DNA of 52,948 nt, taken from IMG/VR virus record IMGVR_UViG_3300025327_000039, positions 1 through 52,948 of that record; one strand, 5' to 3'. Below, in pieces: positions 9,271 to 17,100 of the stretch. The stretch comes from a virus (taxonomy: Duplodnaviria > Caudoviricetes). The translations under genes were made by a program, and so were the position numbers. Numbering within the stretch: position 1 is the stretch's first letter; each line of letters begins with the position of its first letter. Below the pieces are notes generated by a model. The model worked only from the letters and a program-made list of their open reading frames with translations, was not told where the DNA came from and did not search any database.

Positions 9271-9636
9271 ATGGCCCTACACGTCACGTCCGCCAGGAAG
9301 TTCTGGGATGGGGTCACGCTGACCCAAACTACGGATAGTGCCACCATTCCAGTCGGCAGTCACATCGAGGGCCGTGTCTTTCTCGACGCCGACGTTTCTG
9401 CTGGTACGTGGACACCAAAGATTCAGCAGCAGGACCCGAAGACCGGTCAGTGGTTTGACCGCGGCGATATTTCAATGTCTGCCTTTACCACTACTGGCGG
9501 TCCCCTCGGCGATGGCCAGAACCAAAAGCAGATGGTTACCATAGACAACTTGGGAAGCCGCATCAGAGTCTCGATCACTCCTGCCGGTGCCACCCCTAGC
9601 ATCGTTATCAACGGGGTCTACGAAGGCAAAACCTAG
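9271..9636 (+). CDS. Putative virion structural protein (beta-rich, head decoration-like)
   Basis: Strong SD, position right after the capsid gene, Thr/Gly-rich beta composition. Confidence 0.5.
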   Translation: MALHVTSARKFWDGVTLTQTTDSATIPVGSHIEGRVFLDADVSAGTWTPKIQQQDPKTGQWFDRGDISMSAFTTTGGPLGDGQNQKQMVTIDNLGSRIRVSITPAGATPSIVINGVYEGKT

Positions 9637-9639
9637 ACG

Positions 9640-10368
9640 ATGTCTTTTGATCTTGCCTCAATCCAAGAGCTTGTTCTGGCGCACTTTGGTAGCCATGGCA
9701 TCCCCTCGCGTATGGGAGGGGTGGAGGATCCAGACCTTGAGGCCCTGATCCAGGATGCTGTCGCATTCTACAGTCTGATCAAGCCAGACACTGCGTTCTT
9801 TGACGAGGCGGGTGATGGTGCCGCTTATGACTTTGCTGTTCCCTCGGACTGGCAAGATGGCTTCAGCGCTGTAGTGAGTGTCGAGTATCCGCAGGGTGAC
9901 CGTATTCCCACCTTCTTGGATATGCTCGAGGTCACTGCCTACGACGACACGGGTGGCACGGTCATTCGGTTCCAATCAACCACTCCAGCCTCTGGGAAGA
10001 CTGCCAGGATCACCTACACACGCCTACACATTCTCGGTACAGAAGCTACAGGTACAACTATTGCTGATAGTGACAAGGAGGCTTTGGGCCATCTCGCTAC
10101 GCACAGGTTTGCTATGCGCATGGCGGCAGAGGCCGCGAAGTTGACTCCTTCTGCGATCAGAGACGATCCTGTAGGCTTTCGGTCTCAGACAAACGAGTAC
10201 CTCCGAGTGGCCGAGCAGCACCTCTCCATGTTCTACGACCTTCTTGGGGTGCCAGCAGACTCTAGGCAGCCCGCAGCTTCAGTAGCCGGCGAGATCCCTA
10301 ACACAATGAGCTGGGGTAGGCCGCCACTCACTCATGGCCAAGGCACGAGCCGGTTCTTGGGTAGGTAG
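9640..10368 (+). CDS. Putative head-tail adaptor protein
   Basis: Synteny. SDWQDGFSAVVSVEYP...ARITYTRLH pattern resembles adaptors that accompany this capsid type. Confidence 0.55.
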   Translation: MSFDLASIQELVLAHFGSHGIPSRMGGVEDPDLEALIQDAVAFYSLIKPDTAFFDEAGDGAAYDFAVPSDWQDGFSAVVSVEYPQGDRIPTFLDMLEVTAYDDTGGTVIRFQSTTPASGKTARITYTRLHILGTEATGTTIADSDKEALGHLATHRFAMRMAAEAAKLTPSAIRDDPVGFRSQTNEYLRVAEQHLSMFYDLLGVPADSRQPAASVAGEIPNTMSWGRPPLTHGQGTSRFLGR

Positions 10369-10371
10369 CCA

Positions 10372-10893
10372 ATGGCCCATGCGATGCCCCAATGGATGGC
10401 TGCTGCGGCCGCGGTCGCTTCTCTCTTGGAGCAGGTAGACGGGGTAGGTAAGGTCTACATCGGGGAGGAGGATGCACGTACTCTGCTCGAGATGGCAGAG
10501 CTAGCAGTCGAGCCCAGCGAGGAGGACGACGTCCTTGAACAGCAGGCCTCGGTTAACGTGTGGCAGCTGGGTAGGACGTCGGTCTCGATTGAGAGAGGGC
10601 AGCTACCACCGCAACAGAGGTTTGTTGTTAGCCACATGGTAGTTCGTGGTTACTTAGGTATGGGCGAAGGTACGTGGGACACTTTCCAGAGTCTCATCGA
10701 CGAGGTGATTGTAGAGCTTGAAGGTCTGACAGAGATACAGCTTACCGAAGCGAGGACAGATATCGTGGAAGTCAGTGCTCCACAGGTGACTTCGATACTG
10801 CACGCGACACTGGGGCCGTATGCCTGCCACTCGTGCGAGATACGTATGGACTTCAGGGAGAGACGTACTGTGGAGATCAAGACTGGGGTCTAA
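10372..10893 (+). CDS. Putative tail completion/terminator protein
   Basis: Acidic 173-aa protein immediately before the tail tube gene. Confidence 0.5.
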   Translation: MAHAMPQWMAAAAAVASLLEQVDGVGKVYIGEEDARTLLEMAELAVEPSEEDDVLEQQASVNVWQLGRTSVSIERGQLPPQQRFVVSHMVVRGYLGMGEGTWDTFQSLIDEVIVELEGLTEIQLTEARTDIVEVSAPQVTSILHATLGPYACHSCEIRMDFRERRTVEIKTGV

Positions 10894-10895
10894 AG

Positions 10896-10925
10896 TTGCC
10901 GCCATTGCCACCTGAACCTTAATCT
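10896..10925 (+). promoter_or_regulatory. sigma70-like promoter, 18-bp spacer (tail tube)
   Basis: TTGCCG (10896-10901), 18 nt, TAATCT (10920-10925). Confidence 0.55.
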
Positions 10926-10991
10926 GATTCAGGAAGGTGTTTTTACTCTCCGGTACTCTGCCTTCCCGTAACTGAATAGGAGGAGCAAGCA

Positions 10992-12005
10992 ATGTCCACT
11001 TCTGCAGGCTTTAAGGCCTTCATCACCCCGGAAACTGCAACGTGGGGGTCGCTCCCAGCATCCCCGACATGGGCGATGCTTCCGATCGATCCGACCTCCG
11101 GTGTCGATACGGTCGAAACGCTGTTCGATGATGCCAGGCGCGGCCTAGCTGCCATTGGCTTCCGGCAACTGGAGGGTGTTCACAGGACCGACTTCTCGAT
11201 CGGAGGTCCCGCCTACCCGGACGAGATCGGCCACCTCATTCGCAGCATTATTGGTGCTGACACTGTTGGCACTGCTGCACCGTACGCTCACGTATTCGAC
11301 ATCCAGTCCATGGCAGATGCCGGCGGCCGCTCCTTCCAGATCCAGCTTCTGGACGACGCGCTGGCTGGCGGCGAGTCGTACACCCACCAAGGCTGTGTTG
11401 CAACCGGTCTGACCTTCCGCTTCAACTCATCTACCGGCCTTCTCACCTATGAGGCGAACATCCTCGGCAAGGGTATGGTGACCACAACTGCCCAGGCTGC
11501 CGTCTCCGATAGCACTGACGAGCCTCTGCGCGGTTGGCACGCCAATGTGGCCACCAGCTCCGGCCTCGGCACCGGTGCCACTGGCAGGCTGATCGAGGGT
11601 GAGATCGCCATCGCCCGCGATGCGGAGCTACTCTACGTCGCCAACAACAACAAGTTCCCGGTGAAGCTCATCCCGGGCCTTATCGCAGTCACGGGTCGGT
11701 TCACAGCCTCCTTCGACGTCCTTGCCAACTTGGAGCTGTACAGGGCACTGACCAACGAGGCACTGATCCTGGAGTTCGCCTACGGTGCCGGCGCCGCAAC
11801 CCGCTCCATTGACTTCGAGTTCCCGAAGGCCTCCTATGGAGACAGCCCGGCCGAGATCGACAGGAGCGGCAACAACATGACGATCGCCTACAACTTCCGC
11901 GGTCTGATCGGGACGTCGTCCTCTTCGTGGAAGGCCTCTGTAGAGAGCAACATCCGCATGCGCATGCGCAATGCTCTGGCCACCGCATACACCATCGGCT
12001 CGTAG
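10992..12005 (+). CDS. Major tail tube protein
   Basis: AGGAGG SD. ETATWG N-terminus, YAHVF and YTHQGC..TGLTFRF pattern of phage tail tubes; precedes chaperone and tape measure. Confidence 0.75.
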   Translation: MSTSAGFKAFITPETATWGSLPASPTWAMLPIDPTSGVDTVETLFDDARRGLAAIGFRQLEGVHRTDFSIGGPAYPDEIGHLIRSIIGADTVGTAAPYAHVFDIQSMADAGGRSFQIQLLDDALAGGESYTHQGCVATGLTFRFNSSTGLLTYEANILGKGMVTTTAQAAVSDSTDEPLRGWHANVATSSGLGTGATGRLIEGEIAIARDAELLYVANNNKFPVKLIPGLIAVTGRFTASFDVLANLELYRALTNEALILEFAYGAGAATRSIDFEFPKASYGDSPAEIDRSGNNMTIAYNFRGLIGTSSSSWKASVESNIRMRMRNALATAYTIGS

Positions 12006-12027
12006 ACAACCACCTCATCTCCTTCTG

Positions 12028-12065
12028 GCGGTCGGCTCAGCAATGGGCCGATCGCTTTGCTTTGT
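12028..12065 (+). terminator. Intrinsic terminator
   Basis: GCGGTCGGCTCA-GCAA-TGGGCCGATCGC stem with a GNRA loop, then TTTGCTTTGT. Confidence 0.7.
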
Positions 12066-12104
12066 ACACAATACATGTATATGTACATGTATATGAAGCA
12101 GAAG

Positions 12105-12134
12105 TTGCGTCCTTTTCCAGCCAGCGTCTACTGT
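12105..12134 (+). promoter_or_regulatory. Promoter, 18-bp spacer, leaderless mRNA
   Basis: TTGCGT, 18 nt, TACTGT. ATG 12140 lies 5 nt after the -10 and has no SD. Confidence 0.55.
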
Positions 12135-12139
12135 AGTTT

Positions 12140-12508
12140 ATGACGATGCTTGTCACTTTGCAGGAGGTCAGCCACCGCACCGGGGTCTCAGTCCGCAGGC
12201 TCCGGTATTACATCTCCAAGGGATGGCTTCCTACACCAGTACCGGTTCGTGAGGGTCCAGGAAGACCTACAGGGAAGCTGGACGAAGAAGCGGTTGACAA
12301 GGTGAAGGTGATAGACAACGTCTTGCGTAACGGTGGTTCCTCAGTTCTGGATGCGGTGCCTCTGGGCTTGTACGTGTACGAGCTGGATGGGCAGCGTGTT
12401 CAGAGCAATATTGTCAGCAAGGAGGAGTGTGGCGCCTATACGTTGATTCATCTCGGTAATGGCGACTTGGTTGTTCGTGTTCACAAGGAGGAGATGAGAG
12501 ATGCCTAG
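12140..12508 (+). CDS. MerR-like HTH DNA-binding protein
   Basis: TLQEVSHRTGVSVRRLRYYISKGWLP. Confidence 0.75.
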   Translation: MTMLVTLQEVSHRTGVSVRRLRYYISKGWLPTPVPVREGPGRPTGKLDEEAVDKVKVIDNVLRNGGSSVLDAVPLGLYVYELDGQRVQSNIVSKEECGAYTLIHLGNGDLVVRVHKEEMRDA

Positions 12509-12935
12509 CAACAGACCGACCAGAAGAGCTGCTGCACGGAGCAGCAACAGTAGACCGACCACCGGTGGCTGGTACAAGGAGAAGACGATTCGGCTCACCC
12601 TTGAGTCGTTCGGACAGCCTGATCTCTGGTACGACGCCCTTGACGCCAACTCCCTGATGGTCGAAGAACTCGACGAGATCGGCGTGATGCAGGAGAAGGC
12701 ACAGGATCCGGGGATGATGGACGAGCTGCAGAGACTCGTACTCCGTCTCTTCCCGGGAGAGTGGAACATCACCGATCCTAAGACGGGTGAGCCACTTGCG
12801 CCACCGAAGGACTCTGCCACAGGTTGGCGCCGGCTGCCACTCGAGATTCTGTACTACATGATGGAGAGCACGATGAAGCGGGCGGAGGAAGAAGCCGTCC
12901 CCCCTACGAAAGGGAGCAGGCGCTCGCGGCCCTAG
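12501..12935 (+). CDS. Tail assembly chaperone (gpG-like)
   Basis: Lies between tail tube and tape measure. Has the WNITDPKTGEPL motif and a slippery site near its 3' end. Confidence 0.7.
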   Translation: MPSNRPTRRAAARSSNSRPTTGGWYKEKTIRLTLESFGQPDLWYDALDANSLMVEELDEIGVMQEKAQDPGMMDELQRLVLRLFPGEWNITDPKTGEPLAPPKDSATGWRRLPLEILYYMMESTMKRAEEEAVPPTKGSRRSRP

Positions 12936-13147
12936 CGTCGGGTGGTGAGGGTGCTCCCGCTTGGATGATGAAGATCAACATGTGCGAACAGTTCGGCTGG
13001 ACGGAGCGTGAGTTCTTGCAAGAGAACACCGTAGGCTTCATCAAGCAGATTGGTGTCTACAACACACTCTCGAAGAAGTCTGCCAAGGTGCAGGAGGGCT
13101 ACCAACCAGCCAAGCCGACTGTACGCGTCGTAGGAGGTCCTGGCTAA
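12899..13147 (+). CDS. -1 frameshift extension of the tail chaperone (gpT-like part)
   Basis: C CCC CCT at 12899-12905. The -1 frame reads PPYEREQAL...MCEQFGWTEREF to TAA 13147. Confidence 0.65.
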   Translation, partial: PPYEREQALAALASGGEGAPAWMMKINMCEQFGWTEREFLQENTVGFIKQIGVYNTLSKKSAKVQEGYQPAKPTVRVVGGPG

Positions 13148-13148
13148 C

Positions 13149-14126
13149 ATGCCTGCGCCCTCCGAGATCCTACGTCGTGGTCTGGCCGCCGGCGGTCGTA
13201 CGCAAGTACCGGTACCAGTTGACTTCGAGGCACCGACTATCTCAGTCACCCTCAATGAGGATCTGCTGGGACGTGTCGAAGCCTACGCCCGCCTGCTCGA
13301 CTTTGTTCCCGGTGAGGTTCGGAGTGCGATAGAAGGCCTCCTCACTTCTCTCGGCAAGATCTACGTTGGCCTCATTCGGCAGAAGATGGAGGACATGGAT
13401 CTCATCTTCACCGGTCAGTTGCAGCAGACTATAGACTACCGGCTCGTGCCTGGATCTACCCAAGTGGGTGGCGTTACCATTCCTGACCTTGTTGTGGGCT
13501 CCTTCCCAGGCGAGGCTGGAGTGGAGACAGAAGCTATACGTGCTCCTGTTAGCTATGTCTATCCCATCCTCTACGGAACAGCGCCGTATGCCAAGGGCAG
13601 CCAGCCCCCCTTCCTTCGCATTGCCTACTGGGCTGCGAACAAGTTGAATATTGACTTCACGAGCCCCGAGGGGGCCAAGCACATCAGGGGTATTTACGGA
13701 AAGATAGTCCGGGATGGCGTGGCCCCTCACGACTTCCTCTCTGAGGTGTCTCCCGATACGCCTGAAGCACAAAGGCTGATCCAAGAGGCAGAGCGTGTCT
13801 TGGAGCGCGAGCTGGTTGCTCTCATCCCTCCCCCGCCGGATGAAGAGTGGCGTGAGCTGGCGCAAGGTGTTGAGCCTGTTATCCAGCGCAGGCGCCAGGC
13901 TTACCAGCGTATCAATGAGGAGTTCGAACGGGCACATGCAGCCGAGCTTGTGGTTCCCAAGGCAGTGCGTCGTGCGGCCGCCATAGCTGCTATTGCTATC
14001 CGTCGGAGAGCAGCCAGACGTGTTGCTCGTGAGGGTATAGCTGCTCCTGCTGTACGAGGTACGAGACGCGAGCGAGAGGCGATACGAGCAGTAAGAACCG
14101 CGCTACGTCCGCGGAGGCGCAGGTAG
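13149..14126 (+). CDS. HK97 gp10-like neck/tail protein with Arg-rich C-terminus
   Basis: FTGQLQQTIDY..YVYPILYGTAP..PPFLRIAYWA..IVRDGVAPHDFL pattern. Confidence 0.55.
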   Translation: MPAPSEILRRGLAAGGRTQVPVPVDFEAPTISVTLNEDLLGRVEAYARLLDFVPGEVRSAIEGLLTSLGKIYVGLIRQKMEDMDLIFTGQLQQTIDYRLVPGSTQVGGVTIPDLVVGSFPGEAGVETEAIRAPVSYVYPILYGTAPYAKGSQPPFLRIAYWAANKLNIDFTSPEGAKHIRGIYGKIVRDGVAPHDFLSEVSPDTPEAQRLIQEAERVLERELVALIPPPPDEEWRELAQGVEPVIQRRRQAYQRINEEFERAHAAELVVPKAVRRAAAIAAIAIRRRAARRVAREGIAAPAVRGTRREREAIRAVRTALRPRRRR

Positions 14127-14129
14127 ACA

Positions 14130-17100
14130 ATGCCTGACTTTCGTATAGGCGCACAGGTCTCTGGTCTCGAGAACCTCCGGGCTATGGCTCGTGAGGTCCT
14201 CAACGTCAACCGTGCCTTCCAGTCAGCCGGCAGGCAGAAGCTTGCTGCTCCTGCTGTGAACATCTCCAAGATGACTGCTGGGCTGGCAACCGCTGCAGTT
14301 CCTGTAGAGGACTTCCAGCGGCGCCTGAACAGGATCTTTGCTACGGGCCTTGTCCCTCGAGGCACAGCGGAGCAGGTCAGGGCCCAGACAGGACAGATCG
14401 TTCAGTCACTTCTACAGCTGGGTAACAAGGAAGCAGCTGATCGTGTCCGAGATCTCGGTGCTCGTCTGGCCTCTGAGCTTGACAGAATAAGCACAGATGT
14501 CGAGCAGAATGCCCAGCGCATGGCCCGCGGGCTTGTGAGCATGACACGTGGCACTCTCACGGGTGCGGGTGGGATCGTTCAGCCTCTACGAGATATGGCT
14601 GCCAGCGTGGCTGAGGAAGCTGCGCGACTGAAGCAGTCCCTTGTCCCAATACGCACCTTTGAGAGAGAGCTTGCCAGGATCTCTGCCGGCGGGCAGGTCT
14701 CTCCACGACTCGCCGAGCGTGTCAATGCGATGGTCGCCAACGTGCAGCAGTCGCTGCGTGAGCTAGGAAGACCAGATCTGGCGAGTGCTGCTTCAGATCT
14801 GGGCCGTAATATCGTACGAGGTCTCGAGCGCGTCTCTCCGCAGCTGAGGCGGCAGTCGGTTGAGATACGGGACTCGTTGGAAGAGATAGTGGATGCCCTC
14901 AAGCAGGTTCCTGCTGATCCTGCGATCATAGAGAGCCTAGAGCGAGTGCGTGCCGGCTTGGGTGGCTTCAGGATAGATACTCGTGCGATCAACGCTGATG
15001 CTGTCCGTAAGTCCATAGAGAGTCTCGCACAGCCGGGGGAGACGCTTGATGCTGTGTACCGGACTGTCTCCCGCAGCATCCAAGTTCTAGGTGGCGAGCT
15101 GCAACGTCTGCGAGATGAGCAGGATGCGGCTGCAACAGCGGGCAGACAACTCACAGACGAGGATCGACGTAACGTTTCGGTTCTTGAAGACCAGATAAAA
15201 TCTCTCCTGAGTGCCCACCAAGCTCTAGCTCCGTATGTCAACACGCTGTCCTCTGCTGAGAAGATACTGAGGGGCTTCAATCGAGAGGGCAGAGTCTCCT
15301 CTAGCCAGATATCCGGACTTGGTAACCTAGCCCGCTTGGCTGAGGATCAATTCGCAGGCGTCTCTGGCGAGATCGAGCAAGTGACTGCGGATGTAGATCT
15401 CCTTGGTAACCGGGTCGAGAGGTTCAACAGAGCCGGCACCAGAGCCTTTGCCGCACTCCGGCCGGAAGTCACGGCCCTTCGAGACTTGCTACAGCAGGTG
15501 CCTGCATCCATCTCTATGCCAGAGGCGCCACAATCTGCGCAGATGGCTGAGGACATCGCCCAGCAGCTATCTCGCATCGAGCAGTCCGGGTCGGTGACAC
15601 AAGGCTCTCTGGAGAAGCTCTCTCTGTCTCTTCGCAATTTGGCCGGCGTGGAGCCAGAACTGGCGCCGGCACTGGAGTCGATAGCCAGCAACTTCGACAC
15701 CATGGCCCAGAAACTGGCCAGCGTTAGCACTGAGGTCTCTAGGCGGTCCCTACCGGCAATGCAAAGCATGGGGAGTGAGCTAGCCAAGACAGCTCAGGAG
15801 GCGATGGCTGCTGTTGCCCCTCTCACTCAGCTGGACAACACCTTCAAGAGGATCTCCCGGTCAGGTAGAGATATCTCCTCTGAGGCTGTTGAGAGTCTCC
15901 GAGCCCAAGCACAGGGACTGGCGCAGGAGAGAGGACTGCCAGCTGGGGTACGAGCAAGCTTAGCTGCTCAGGTGCCCATCCTGACCGATACCAGTGATTT
16001 ACTGGAAGCACAGAAGAACCGTCTGCGCGAAGTACAGATGGCCCACCGTGGTTTTGCTTCGCACACGGGAACTAGCGCCCAAGCTCTCCTCTTCCTCCAG
16101 TCAGCAACCCAGGGCGTGATGACAGCACTGGCCCTTCTCCGCGGTAACCTCATGTTTGCGGGCTTTGGCCTTATCTTCATGCGCTTCACTGTCGTCCGGG
16201 TGATGCTTGCCTTCACCGCACTGACCTTTGTTCTTGGCGGAGTGATGAAGCTCTGGACCGGCTTCATTGCTGGCGCCAAGGGGGCCGGTGCTGCTATGCA
16301 GGTGCTTCGCTTCCAGATGATGCGGCAGCTGGGGAGTGCCCGGGAGGTGGGTGCCTTCTTCAGAGCCGCCGAGGTGCTCGTGCGACGCTTCGGCTTCGCT
16401 TTGGACGACACCACATCCGGTCTGACGAAGATGCAAAGAGAGGGTCTCGGTCCGCTGCTTGCCAACCGGGACCTCGTAGCCGACTTTGCTCGTACCTTCA
16501 GCCTTAGCTTCGAACAGGCCACAGATACTCTTACCAGTGCAATTGGACGTCAGCGTGGATCACTGGAGACTCTTGGTGACACCATGGGTGTCATCCCGGA
16601 GATCTTTAACAAGAATCTGGACAAGCTGAATGAGGCCAGCCGATCTGAGCGAGCTGAGTTTGTTATCAACCTCCTTCAGCGCTACAAGGGTGCTGCTGAG
16701 GACTATGCAAGAACGCTGCCAGGCGCACTGAACAGGGTCAGGGAGGCCTTCAACGGCTTCGTCAGGGATGTCACTGAGCCGTTCGCAAGGAACGTGCTGG
16801 CGCCGGCCATGAATGGTCTGGCTAACCTTCTCAATACAGTCTCCCTACTCGTGCGAGGCCTAAAGGCTTCCGAGCCGGCGCAGAGGCTGTGGAACAAGTT
16901 CCTTACCAACATGCGTACGGCCATGCAGCTCCTTGTTCCTGACACAGAGAAGTTTGGCAAGACGATTGGAGTTCTGGTAGTGGGCAGCCTTCTGCTAGCG
17001 CTGAAGTTGGCAGTGCTGCTGTCGGCAGCTCTCGTCAAGCTAGCTGCCTTCATCCATCTGGCTGCCGGCGCCTTCCGCCGCTTCCTCCAACTTATCAAGC

